Below, piece after piece: positions 12,036-24,479 of a stretch of DNA of 64,000 bases. Each line of letters begins with the position of its first letter. Position 1 is the stretch's first letter. Origin of the DNA: Octopus sinensis. Lineage: Eukaryota. The DNA is taken from the NCBI RefSeq assembly GCF_006345805.1, contig NC_043013.1:13950001-14014000 (forward strand), read 5' to 3'. The position numbers were made by a program, and so were the translations under genes. The notes under the pieces were generated by a model that was not told the origin of the DNA, ran no database searches, and was given only the letters and a program-made list of their open reading frames with translations.

Positions 12036-12330
12036 GTGTCGGCAAACTAAATCAGGTCTCAGGCCATTGGGCCACTTCTAGGCCACCTCGCGGACCGCAC
12101 TCCCTCCCAACCTGATAAAATAACACAAATAAAATAACAAATAACACACAAAATCAATGATAATAAATGTAAATTGAACCTTTCTTAAGAGTTGCTGTAA
12201 TCACAATCTGAAACGATTAATGTGAAGGCTGGTGATTCTTTGAAACAGATAGAGAGTCAATGTCCGGCTTCATGGAAGAGGAGGCCAGGAGTATCTGGAA
12301 AGTAGGATGCTGTTCTGGCTACGGAGAAGA
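12036..12330 (-). mobile_element. hAT (Charlie/Buster-like) transposon 3' end
   Basis: Terminal taggtgtcggcaaact...ggccac...gcggaccgca, plus minus-strand ...PDIDSL...NHQPSH* resembling hAT transposase C-termini. Confidence 0.5.
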
Positions 12331-12486
12331 CAGCCGCTGACTGGCTCTGTTAAATTTGCCGTCGATTCAATAAATCCCAGCAGGTCACGAGAAATGTGCC
12401 GCTGGACGCACCTACTGGAAATCAAGACAAGACGCCGAGGGCCGCGCAGAAATTGCTCGCGAGCAAAACATTGCTCACGCCTGATC

Positions 12487-13793
12487 TATTGGGTTGGCAA
12501 CTAAGTTCCCGCCGTTTTTTTATTATTATTATTATTTTGGAATTTATTGCGTTTTTAAATTTTGGAATCTATTTTTTTCGAGAATTCTATTTTTGAATCA
12601 TTTTGGAATCTATATTGGTTGTTTTTTTGTTTTGTTTTTCTACTTAATTTTAGTTAATTTTTGTTTATTTTCAGATCAATAAAATGGAATGTCAAGTTAA
12701 GACAAGTTAAGAAAAACGAGCATTTTCGACACCACCTTTTGCTTTTAATTAAGGTTCTAAGATCGCAAAAGCCGCTCGCGACATTTGTGCTGTGTGTAGA
12801 GAAGGTGCCATAGTTGAAAGAATCGCTCGTGATTGGTATGCCAAGTTCAAAAATGGAAATTTTGATCTCAAAGACGCACCTCGTTCTGGCAATCCAGTTG
12901 AGTTCGATGAAGAGCGATTAAACCAACTTTTGCACGAAAATTCTCGTCAAACAAGGGAGTGCTCCCACACTGTAATAGAGAAACATCTTCACTCGATGGG
13001 AAAGGTTCAGAAGTATGGAGCATGGGTTCTGCATGCTTTAAGTGACAACAACAAAAGTCAACGACTCACAATCTCCGCTGGTTTGCTTGCTCGTCACCGC
13101 TCAACTCATGGACACAAGCAACGATTTCTTTACCGAATCGTTACTGGCGACGAAAAATGGTGCCTGTACATCAATATGAAGCAGTGTAAGGAATGGCTTA
13201 GACCAGGTAAACAAGCGACACCGCGCGTGAAACAAGATCTTCATCCGCGTTAAACGATGTTGTGCTTATGGTGGAAGTGGGAACTGATTATCCATTACGA
13301 ATTGCTTGATCGGAACCAAACGGTCAACGCGAAACTCTATGTTCAACAGATGGAACTACCTCAACACGGCTATTCAAGAGAAAAGACCTAATCGGCAGCA
13401 TGGAGTTTTTCTGCTGCACGAAAACGCCCGCCCTCATATCGCCAATATGACCAAGGAAGCCATTCAAGCACATGGCTGGAAAGTGCTGCCACACCCGCTG
13501 TACTCTCCTGATTTGGCACCAACGGATTTCCACCTCTTTCAATCTCTTTCAAATGCTATGCGCGGAGTTTTGCTCAATACTGATGCAGAATTGAGAGTTT
13601 GGTTGGATCATTTTTCGAGTCGAAATCGGGTGATTTCTACCAACGAGGTATTGAAAATTTTGTTGAACGTTGGGAAGAAGTTGTAAACAACAAGGGTGAA
13701 TACATTATTAATTAATTAGTTGTTAATTTTTATTAAACCTTTAAAAAAATTTAAATTTAAAAAACCGGTGGCAACTTAGTTGCCAACCCAATA
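12487..13793 (+). mobile_element. Full-length mariner (DD34D) transposon, transposase disrupted
   Basis: TIRs TA-ttgggttggcaactaagttcccgcc (12487) and ggtggcaacttagttgccaacccaa-TA (13793). Motifs DAPRSG.P, WV.H.L, IVTGDEKW, LLHENARPH, HPLYSPDLAPTDFHLF. Confidence 0.95.
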
Positions 13794-13904
13794 CATAAAT
13801 GCAGACAGACAGAAAGATAGAGAGACAGAAAAACACATCCATCCATCCATCCATGCATACATACATACATGCACACACACATTCTCACACATGCATACAT
13901 ATGT

Positions 13905-14090
13905 TATATTTGTTTCTAACACTGGACTGCGGCCATGGTGGAGCACCACCTTGAAGGGTATGGTCGAACAAATAAATCCCGGGACTTCATTTTTAAGCCC
14001 GGTACTTATACTATCAGCCCCTTGGCTGAACTGCTAAGTTAGGGTACGTAAACAAACCAGCACCGGGTGACAAACGCAAGCATACGCACA
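13905..14090 (-). mobile_element. SINE family B, 3' half
   Basis: Reverse complement of ...ggtggtgctccaccatggccgcagtccagtgttagaaacaaat. Confidence 0.8.
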
Positions 14091-14147
14091 TAGTTATTGA
14101 ATACATGCATATACACACATATATAAACTCATACACACACGCACACG

Positions 14148-14186
<39 letters not shown>

Positions 14187-14290
14187 GCACATACACACGC
14201 ACATACACATATACATATAAGAATGAGTAGGTAAACGAAGGAAAAGTGCACTCAACACATTTGGTGTGATATTATTATTTAAAACGGGAA

Positions 14291-14503
14291 GGCGGCGAGC
14301 TGGCAGAAACGTTAGCACGCCGGGCTTGACAGTATTTCGTCTGTCTTTACGTTCTGAGTTCAAATTCCGCCGAGGTCGACTTTACCTTTCATCCTTTCGG
14401 GCCGATAAATTAAGTACCAGTTGCGTACTGGGGTCTATCTAATCGACTGGCACTATCCCCCAAAATTTCGGGCCTTGTTCCTAGAGTAGAAAAGATTATT
14501 ATT
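14291..14503 (+). mobile_element. SINE family A with (TTA)n tail
   Basis: ggcggcgagctggcagaaacgttagcacgccgggc...gagttcaaattccgccgagg...gtagaaaagattattatt. Confidence 0.9.
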
Positions 14504-15790
14504 CTAACGCTGGAGATGTATTACGGTGTCAGCTGATCACTACCAGTGAACTAAAGTAACACCCCTTATTTTTCGAGCACCATCCGGAGTATTCGAGTGG
14601 CTCCAAGCAGTGCTGTTTTCTACAAGTACTCCACCCTTATTGCAGCCCCTATTTGTTCCATTTACTTCTCAAGACAAGGACTCCGACAATTATTGGTACT
14701 ACTACCACCGTTTTCAGCGACCACAACTGCTTAACATCTGAAGTTAACTTGTTATATCTATCGACTTTTCTTTCTTCCTTATCGAATACCTTGTTGTCAG
14801 CAGGGTATGCTATATTTATGATCCAGCATCGTTTGCTTTCTTTCTCAGTTAACACTATATTTGGTTGCCTATTCTCTATCTCATGGTTGCACTGAATCTT
14901 AAAGTCCCATAGAATCTTTGCATTATCATTTCCGATGATGCCTTCGGGTTTATGTTCGTACTACTTTTTTTTGCTCTGTCAAGTCCATACGTGTTGCAAA
15001 GTGTCCAATGGACAGTCCTTACTATATTGTCATGACGTCTATTATATTCTTTCTGGGCTAGTGGTGTACATTTACTGGTAATATGCTATACGGTTTCACT
15101 ATTTTGTCCACAAATTCTACACTTATCACTTTCTGTATTTGATGTAATTGGTCCTTGATGCTTGCTCTTGGGCAGCACAGATTAAAGCCTCCGTTTCCGT
15201 TTTAAATCACTTTTAGTCATCCATAACCATCTTTTTTCTCTCCGTGTCTTATCTTCAACATCCCAATGAAATTGTCCATGCATTCTTTTCTTTATCCATC
15301 TATTTCCAGTTTCATTCATTCTCAAATCCTTCTACAGTGCTTTATCTTTGCAATCTTCCATCCTATGCAAGCCTGAGCTTCTTGCTTCCAATAATAGCGG
15401 TTCTGTGACATTTTTTTCATTCCATGCTATGTTTTTTTTCTGCTCTAATGCTGTGTTCGCACCCAATCAGTCCTCTTCCCTCTCTTTTTCTTGGTACATA
15501 CAGTCTGTCTGTGTTACTTTTTGGGTGGAGTGTCCCATATTTAGTCAGCAACTTTCTTCTCTTTCTGTCTAAGCTGTTTAATTCGTCTACTGTCCATACG
15601 ATTACCCCTGCTCAATATCTAAAGAGTTAAACCACCCAGGTGTTGATGGCTTCAATCTTATTCCGTCCGTTTAATTTCGACTTAAGGATCAATCTTAGTC
15701 TGCGCAAGTACTCTACCTTAAATTTTTCCGTCATTTCTTTCTCCATCAATTTATCCATATCCAATATCCAATATCCCTTTTTTCCGCAGA
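14504..15790 (-). mobile_element. R4/Dong-clade LINE (restriction-like endonuclease type), 5'-truncated
   Basis: EYLRRLRLILKSKLNGRNKIEAINTW (15627-15790); ILWDFKIQCNHEIENRQPNIV; CWIINIAYPADNKVFDKEERKVDRY...WSLKTVVVVPIIVG (14649-14935). Confidence 0.88.
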
Positions 15791-15922
15791 GGTTGGCTTT
15801 GCCTTCCATCCTTTCGGAGTCGATAAATCACCACTTGCGTACTGGGGTCGATGTAATCGACTCGATCCCTTCCCCTAAATTTGAGGCCTTGTGCTTCCAG
15901 TAGAAAGGATTATTATTATTAT
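15790..15922 (+). mobile_element. SINE family A, 3' half with (TTA)n tail
   Basis: gaggttggctttgccttccatcctttcggagtcgat...ctggggtcgatgtaatcgac...gtagaaaggattattatt. Confidence 0.85.
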
Positions 15923-16432
15923 TTTTACTTTTAATTTGCATGTTTGTCACAGCCACTTGCATCTTGGGGCGAGCGACGGATAAGATATGTTACAGTATGA
16001 CTGAAAGTTTGTGGAGGGAGGTAGTTAAATATCTTCATGTTATACAACACAGACATTTAAGTGGGTAGGTTTTTCTAAGGATATGGGTAGTACTTGTCAG
16101 CACAATCGTTTTGGTTTCTCTGAGACATGGTTCTCTTGAGAGCTTATCTAAATGTTTCTGACATCCCTTTTTTATCATACCTAAGGAACCTACAATAACA
16201 GGAACAATTCTCGTTTTAAGATGCCACATCTTTTGTATTTCAATTTCCAGGTCCTTATATTTACTTAGTTTGTATTTTGTATTTCAATTTCCAGGTCCTT
16301 ATATTTACTTAGTTTGTCAAATTCTTTGACAGATGTATTTTTAGCAGAAAAAACATTTACATCTATTAGTGTACAAGTTTTTTCTTCTCTGTCTTTAATA
16401 ATTATGCCTGGTCGATTAGCCTGGATCGTTCT
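15923..16432 (-). mobile_element. R4/Dong-clade LINE 3' fragment with internal ~44-bp tandem duplication
   Basis: ANRPGIIIKDREEKTCTLIDV...KLSKYKDLEIEIQ (duplicated 16233-16314)...WHLKTRIVPVIVGSLGMIKKG; flanked by TAA runs at both ends. Confidence 0.85.
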
Positions 16433-16433
16433 G

Positions 16434-16479
<46 letters not shown>

Positions 16480-16481
<2 letters not shown>

Positions 16482-16679
16482 TATGTCAATTTTTGCCACA
16501 ATGGCAGCATAGGGAGATGGGGATGAGTAGATTACATCGACCCCAGTGTTCAACTGGTACTTATTTTATCGACTCCGAAAAGATGAAAGGCAAAGTTGAC
16601 CTCGGCGGAATTTGAACTCAGAACGTAGCGACAGACGAAATACCATTAAGCGTGCTATCAATTCTGCCAGCTCACCACC

Positions 16680-16680
<1 letters not shown>
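16480..16680 (-). mobile_element. SINE family A
   Basis: Reverse complement reads ggtgagctggcagaattgatagcacgc...gagttcaaattccgccgagg... Confidence 0.88.
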
Positions 16681-16727
<47 letters not shown>

Positions 16728-16730
16728 GTA

Positions 16731-16778
<48 letters not shown>

Positions 16779-16814
16779 GTAATAATAATAGTAATAGTAA
16801 TAATAATAATAATA

Positions 16815-16855
<41 letters not shown>
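16681..16855. repeat. (AAT)n/(AGT) microsatellite
   Basis: Seen directly; source of the poly-N/I/Y ORFs. Confidence 0.98.
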
Positions 16856-17179
16856 TGTCAATAACGAATATATCTTTGTTTTTTCTTACTGCATGATTAT
16901 GTCTATTTTTCTGTTTTGATTCTCTTCTTTGTATTAAATACGTTAATACTAACTTCACTTCTTTCCTAAAGAAAGCGTCTATATGGTGTTGACTTACATA
17001 TGTTTCTTTAACATCGATATCACACATTTTATTTCTTCATTCTTTAAACAAGTCTGGTTTCCATGCCGACCTGTTTACAGTTTACTGCATTTCACATTTA
17101 AAACAACAATAACAACAAAAATAGATTCTCCTTTCGCTTCTTTATTACATAAAGAATCTGGACAAGTAGGTACTACACA

Positions 17180-17660
17180 GACTGAACGAACGTCAAATGA
17201 CACGTCGCATTGAAACTTGTTATTTACTATCACAACATAAAAGTGAACCATTTTTGCATCGTGTTGCTACCTGTGATGAAAAATGGATTCTTTTCAACAA
17301 TAGCAAGCGTTCTGCACGGTGGTTGGATAGAGACGAAGTGCCAAAACATAATCCAAAAAAGAATATTTATCGAAAATATCTAATGGTCTGTTTGGTGGAC
17401 CAGCGCTGGCATCATCCTCTACAGATTCATGGTAAGTCAATTACAGCGGATGTATACATCAACCAGTTGGATGAAATGATGAGCAAACTTGCAATTAAAC
17501 AACTGAGATTGGTCAACAGATACAGGCCAATTCTCTTGCAATACCAAGTTCGACCACATGTTGCAGAAAGAACGCTATTCAAGTTACAGGAACTGAACTA
17601 GGAAGTACTCTGTCATCCACCATATTCATCAGATCTTTCATCACACGGGTGGAAATATAC
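17180..17660 (+). mobile_element. Mariner transposase fragment
   Basis: FLHRVATCDEKWILFNN...W; later ILLQ..VRPH and HPPYSSDL motifs, disrupted. Confidence 0.85.
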
Positions 17661-17749
17661 TAAAAATAGAAGTTAAAAATGCGCCACTGAGAATAGTTAA
17701 AATATATTCTTCTTATTATATTTAAAGATTTAACCGGTTTCACCACTGA

Positions 17750-18733
17750 TTTTCAAGAAGTTGAAATAGAAATATGAGGCTTATGTCGCGCTTGTCTCGG
17801 TTTTGATGCTGTGATGAAACCACCACTCTCCACTTTGCCACTGGTCGGAATGTTTCGTCTCGCCGTGTTTTGCAAACGCTTCAGAACCACCAAGCAAAAA
17901 TATCTGTTAACAGTTTGTCCAGGAGGAACAAATTCTGTGTGGACAATTCTTTTCGAATCGGTCAAACAAATCATTATCGTGTCTTGAATTTGGACTCCAC
18001 TTGACTCATTTTGGCGGCGGGGTGTGGTGATATCGAATGCTTCCATCGACTTGATTGCTGCATCATTTCCGGTTGTGGCTATAGCACCAGCTTTCGTCAC
18101 TAGTGATGACCTTAAAAAAAAAAAAAGAAAAACAGAAAAAAGAAAGGTTCGGATCAAACTCCAACTCATTTTTCATTTCACGAAACGCATTTATTCGTGA
18201 CTGTTTTTGAACTTTCGTGTGCAAGTGAGGCACAAATTTCGCTGTTACTCTTCATTCGCATTCCTCGCTCAAAATTCGTTGGAAGAAGTTCCAGGACACA
18301 CCAGTTATATCAACACGTTCGTCAAGTGTTCGGTGACGGTCCTCCAAGATCAGTTCATGAAATTTCGTGATGTTTTCCTCCTAAAGCGTGAAAACCACTC
18401 GTAACTTGTATTTTGCTCCTCATGGCAGAATCCTTGTAAGCTGTTTGAAGCATGACAACTGTTTCGGCTGCCCCGTTTTCCCAAGCAGAAAATAACCAGA
18501 ATTTCACGGAAGCACGCTGTTCCTTCGTTTCATCCATCGCAATAATCTACGAACAGGGGAAAGCATCGCAAATCAAAGACGCGCCACGTGACAGTACGAC
18601 TCCTGACGATAACACTAGCCGGCACACTGATACCCGAGGGACGCATCAAGTGGCTTCTACTGGCGGAAGCTTAAACTACAACGGGCTTGTCCCGCAGAGA
18701 ACGTTTCCGGTTACTTTTCGGTACCCCTTCGTA
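17750..18733 (-). mobile_element. Mariner (irritans/HsMar2-like) element, 5' TIR present, internally deleted
   Basis: TIR tacgaaggggtaccgaaaagtaaccggaa ending at 18733; EQRASVKF...AAETVVMLQTAYKDSAM; IVHTEFVPPGQTVN..Y.L.VLKRL. Confidence 0.85.
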
Positions 18734-18789
18734 TTGGTGTTGACAAATAGTTATGTGTCCCCTAATATTATGATGGTGCTTCTCTCATG

Positions 18790-19800
18790 AGCGGAGAAAT
18801 CGCTGGTGTTCAAGCGAAATTGCATGTCACAGCCCCATCTGCAACTTGTGTTAGCATCCACCAACTGAATCTGACTGGAGTTTACTTCTTAACAAAAATG
18901 TAAAGGCTATCGGGGAATGTTTCGTCATACAGCAGCAACTTTACCTGTTTATGGATCGATTCAGAGTTTATCTATCGATTCAGAGGACTTACAGGAAAAA
19001 ACAGGAGAACATCCAGTAGATCTTATCCAATATAGGATGGGTCAGTCAGCAGGTACCGTGCTATGCTGTTCATTATGAATTTTCATTTATTATAAACGTT
19101 CTCTCTCATTTCAGTGGGTTTATCAAATCATAGGAGAGGCAAATTAAAGGCAAGTGCTTCCATTACATTTGTCTATGAAAGTTTGCGCTTTCTTCTCCTT
19201 TAAACAAATTTTAATAAATCAAATCTTATACTTTTTAGCAAATATCATCATATTCCTGTGACATCACATACACATTGATACGCTTATATCCATTGCATTG
19301 AACTTCTTGATGTCAAACGAAACTAACCTTTTCTGGCCACCAATTAAATAACAGATCAGGGAAGTTATTATGCTCAACTAGCTGACTCGAGAGAAGCCTA
19401 ATCTGCAAGGCAATCTTAACAGCATTTGGAGGCCTCAGCGGCTAGTGTTAACGTGTTGGAAGCCGGCTGAAAATTCAAACCACAATTCCTATATTGAACC
19501 AGGTTTGCTTAGAGTTCCGACACCGATTTTCGGCATACAATGGTGATATCATGATGAACCATTCTTATCTTAATCCCTAAATTCCCAGATTCTGAATATT
19601 GTTTGTAACAGATTCATAGCAGATACATTTCAACTCAATTTGGACACCCTGAACACAGAATGCCACTGTACAAACAGTCTCATTGTGTGAACTTATAACA
19701 GATACTGCTAACTTTTTATCTATTTTTGACTTTTCAATCACATTGAGAAGTTGACTTTAAATTTGATCAATTAATTTAAGACTGAAATTATTATCTATGT
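18790..19800. mobile_element. Decayed hAT transposase remnants (plus at ~18790-18880; minus at ~19300-19800)
   Basis: SGEIAGVQAKL...P.A...HQLNL resembles the hAT GVQ...P.A..HC..H.LNL motif. Weaker similar motif (FQPASNTLTLAAEAS) on the minus strand. Confidence 0.4.
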
Positions 19801-21634
19801 AAAATCTTTGCCCGTATTTTTTTTAAAACTAAAACTGTCATTGCTCCAGAACATTAATCCTCTAAAATTCGATCTCTGATCACATTTTCTTTATACAAAT
19901 ATTCGAACGAAATATTAACCGTATCGATCTCACCAATCCACAAAGGCTTGAAAACATCACGTCGATCCCCACTCCCATCTCCCCTCTTCACCAAACTATA
20001 AACAAAGAATCCAATATTAATCTAAAACTTAACCAATGAAAACAAAAGGAACATTTTTACGACATGTATGGTCAATATTGCAATTTATGTTTTTCACACC
20101 GAAAACTATTTCAACCTTTCGATAACCTGAAAGAAATTGTTGAGCTGCTGAGTTTCTGAGCGAATGTCTATTAAATTTCGTTTTTCGTATAACCGATTTC
20201 CTATTTTCGTTTAACCTGTACTTCACCCTGCAAATAAGTTGCTGAGGGCAAAATATCGCCCAAAGAGAACATAAAATTCTTATTTTAATTTCACTCTATA
20301 ATCCTTGATAAAGTCAGTTTAGATCAGCCAGCTTAAATAGTTTCTGAGAGACCAGAGGTAAAACTCAAATTAACAATCATGTTACCTAATATTTTTGGTG
20401 CATTCTTACATTGGAATAGACGTACAATAATTCCCGTAAACTGTTTACCATATTCTTCAGAAAAGTTTTCGCTGTTGCTTTCCTCAATTTGTTTTTTTCT
20501 CTCTTTTTCTTTTTTTAGTTTGAATAACAAATCATTTCACTTTTTAAGAGAAATCAATCGAATGCAATTATTTTATTTCATATATTATTTAGCTGATGGG
20601 TAAGAAGCGTTAAAGATTCGGTTGACTGCTTCAGGTATTTAGTTAAAACCTGTTACGTTTTCAGATCAAATGTTGTCCAAGTTAATTTAGTATTTAATTC
20701 TTTAAAGGTCGATAAAATAATGCCCCAGTGCTCCATTGGTACTCAGGTAAATTCAATAATCTTATAAACCTTAAAACGAAAAATATTAGCAAACTTCAAC
20801 ATTAACAAACTTAAAACGAAAAACATTAGCAACAAACATAAATTAACAAAAGATTTATCTGAATTAAATTGACTTTATTGATAAAGAAACACACATTTTA
20901 TCTTATATTTATAGATATAGATAATTATTATTAGCAAACGTGATCCGTTGAAGTCTTGCTCACATTTCATTGAGAAGTAAATAATTTTCAAGTAAATTCC
21001 ATTAAAGTTCAGACCAGTTCTTTAGTAGGCACTTAGTGTTAGTATATGAAAAGGTGGTACATGTAGAAGATACCATACATAAACGTGAACAAACCAGAAC
21101 CGAGTGAGCATCCACCTGGGCCTCGGTTACAAGGTTGTGATATGGATTTGGTTTGAAGGAAAAAGTTGAATAAGCTGTCAAATCATTAATTTCTTTTTCT
21201 GCAATATAAAAAAGAAAACGAAATCACAATAAATATAACAATATAAATGAAATTATTTCTCTTCATTGACAAGGTACAAGGGAAACGAATAGATGTGGTC
21301 TATTGATTCGATAGATCGATGTTATTAATGTTCCGTTTGGACATCTTTTAGGTTAGTGTGAGTAGGGAGTGAGTTTCTGAGTGTTGCATAATCTAGAAAG
21401 GAAGGATTGGGAATAATAATTGATGTGGGATCTGGCTGGTGAAATAACATGTATGACAGAAGGATTAGGGGTATGTAGCTGGTTATCTCGGAGGTAGAGT
21501 TGTTCTCGTATTACCAGCGAGATGTACTGAGGTATTTCTGAGCAAGTTAGTAATGAAGCGTGTTGTGATTTTTAATGACAGTGAGGATTAATATTAACCT
21601 ATCTACCAGATTTTAAATGAAGATGATGTATTAA

Positions 21635-22632
21635 ACAGTTCCCGGATTAGTTCTGTGGCGCGCCAACAGATGGCAGCACACGGTTGAGTGCGCAGTGAGA
21701 GCTAGCAGTGATGGTGATGAGGCAGTGGGATGAGTGATATTGCTGCGTTTACTTTGCAAGATGTGAAGTATTTGATATTGTAAGCTGCAATCTGCGATTT
21801 CGTGATGGGCAGGAGGTTGGAACAAAGAGCCAACGAGAAATTTTGCGTTAAATTTGGTACGACTTCTACAGAGACATTGAGTATGCTTTGGCAAAATTAC
21901 GGTAACGAGGCAATTGATTTTACGCATTGTTACGAGTGGCAGGTGCTCTTCAAATGCAAAAGAACATCCCTAGAAGACGAAGAGCGATCTGGAATATCTA
22001 CCACGGGCGTCACCCCAGGAGATGTGGAGAAAATTCCTCAGCTTGGGAATGAAGATCGTCGGAGGACAATCAACGACATTGCTGATGTTGTTGGTCTGTC
22101 GTGTGGATTCGTGCAGACAATCTTAACATCTGAACTGAACATCCGGCGTGTCTCTACCAAGTTTGTCTCGCCTGCTGAACACTCAGTAGAAAGAACATTG
22201 CGTCAATGTCTGTCAAGATGTCAGTCAGCCTGCCGCTGGTGACTGATCCTTCATGTCATGGATCATTATTGGTAATGAGATTTCGGTCTACAGGTACGAC
22301 CCTGAGATGAAGCAGCAATTGTCACAATGGAAAAGCCCTTCATCTCCACGACCTAAGACAGGATGACAGAACCGCAGTTCAATCAAGAGCGTGCTGATCG
22401 TTTTTTTTTCAACATCTGCATTATTGTTCATCGAGAGTTCATCCCCCAGAGCCACACAGTGAATTGGCAGTTCTTACTGCGACGTTTTGAGAAAGGACAT
22501 TCGGCGAAACGACCGGTTCTGCAGATCGCGAAGAACTGGATTCTTCATGGCCACAATGCACTCTGCCACTGAATTCTCACTCATGAATTTTTCGCCAAAA
22601 ACAACACAGTATCGCTTCTACATCAGCCCTAA
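21635..22632 (+). mobile_element. Mariner element, decayed
   Basis: EQRANEKFCVKFG...ETLSML...SLEDEERSG...DRRRTINDIADVVGLS...LNIRRVSTKFVSP; then YDPEMKQQLSQW, EFIPQSHTVN, WILHGHNA. Confidence 0.88.
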
Positions 22633-23029
22633 AAGATGAACAAGAAACAGAAACAAAGAACGCAAAAAATAATCAATAAAAATTGGTCTTACTGGTAAGA
22701 AAATAATAAGAGTCGAAAATGCTTATACCACATCCTACAGAGTTAATCTTCTCTAATGCATGTGACTGCTTGAAATCATTCCAAAGTTCTGAAATGGAAT
22801 AAAAATAAAAATAGTTTTCTAGTTCACTCGTGGATGTGATATCATTAATGATTTCTTTAATATCAATCAAGAAATCCTTATCTCTTTAATGAATCGACTT
22901 CCCTAATTATATAAGATGGTTTATATAAGAAATCATTATTTCTGTAAGAGAGAATTTGATGACGTATGTAGAATGTGTTAACCATTTTAAATATTGTATG
23001 CTGTTTTGATATATAAAAAAACAACAACA

Positions 23030-23700
23030 ATAAACAAATCTGTCGTACACGCGACATCAGGCGTTCGAAGTCACGCCACAAGTTATCAACGCTTGGGCAT
23101 TGAACGAGTTTGTGCAAAACACTTGTGTCATTTGTACTCGTCTCAAGCAGACTTCAATTGACAACGTTTTCACGTAGCGTATATAGTTATACAGTTATAC
23201 CGAGCTGGTAGTGTCTACTGGTAGCATAGCCAGGCCAAGAATATTTGGAAATTATCTCTGGGCTCCGGCTCGCAGGTAGAACAGACCACGCCATCTCTCT
23301 TTTCTACCACAGACAATCTGTAGAACACCAAACTGGAGTTTCTGTATTGATTGACGGGTAGAGGGCAGTGAGCGTCTGATTACAATCTAGATGTGTCAGA
23401 AAATCTGTCTTAGTCTACGCTTGGTCCTGCTTGACAGTAACTCTTCCAAAGAGACGAGCTGCGGAAAAGGCGTCTAAGAAACTGCGACCACACTTACTGA
23501 GCACTAACCAAACCCTGGAGATATCGCCAGTCACGATATGCCAAGTTCTCCATGTAGTGTGCGTTGACAGTAAATAGAACGCTTGACCAGTAGAATATGT
23601 GAATTCCAAAGAAAATGGAAAAACAGGCGGTAATATATGATGGAGATGTAAGCATTCGCCACCTCTGTAGCCCCTTTCAAGGATAACTTCCTTTCTGAGT
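23030..23700 (-). mobile_element. Tx1/L1-clade LINE ORF2 3' remnant
   Basis: Patchy ...RS..CQ..LHG.LG..., ...AF.QLVSL... and terminal VLHKLVQCPSVDNLW (degenerate CCHC region). Confidence 0.55.
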
Positions 23701-24184
23701 AAAGTTGGTCAACCTGCTCGTTCCAGTTCTACTCCACTTGGAGTTTTGGACCAAAGCAGACCAATGCAGAGAATGGTGAAAATTTTTTCTTCGAAAAATG
23801 TCTCAGAAACTTTTAAAGAGTCTCAAAATATCGTTAAAATAAAAGATTTTAAAAAGCTGAAAAATAAAAACCACTCAAAAGATTTTCTTATCATAATTCA
23901 CAAAATCTCGAAAAATCTCAAAGAATCTCAAAAGTTTATTTTGAGAATTGTCAAAAATGTTAATGTTTTAAAGTTTCATATGCTTCAAAAAAGATTCTGC
24001 ACATAAGACATAGATTGGGAGATAGACAGATAGGTAGGTAGTTAGATAGAGGGGGAGGTAGATAGATAAAGAGACAGACAGATAGATGGGTAGATTAATA
24101 TATATATAAATATATATGTTAAATAAAATTAGATAACATAGCCAGGGTAGTGTGAAATTTCGAAGACATTTATAAAGAGAGGTA

Positions 24185-24232
24185 ATCTTACAGCTGTTTC
24201 AGGGATATAAAAGATATCCCATCATCAGAGAC
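24185..24232 (-). ncRNA. Minimal type I hammerhead ribozyme with palindromic loop 3
   Basis: Minus strand gtct-CTGATGA-t gggatat/ctttt/atatccc t-GAAA-cagctg-TA-agat. 7-bp stem II, perfect palindrome ACAGCTGT, GUA triplet; lies in pyrimidine-rich pLTR-like sequence (24100-24340). Confidence 0.85.
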
Positions 24233-24479
24233 AATATGAGAGACTTAAGTAGAAGGAAATAGTAGAGTTGAATAGAAGTGATTTTGGAAAAGAAAAAATA
24301 TAAGAAGTATAAAGGGAAGTATGAGGATAAAAAGTATATGTTGGATGTTCCGTAGCACTTACATAGCCTTACCTGTCTTCTGGACCATGATATTGAAGAG
24401 GAGACCAGATCTTTTGATAACGTTCTTTATGTTCTTTTGGTCTCACCAAGTCCAACAGTGACCATCACCTCATAACAGT

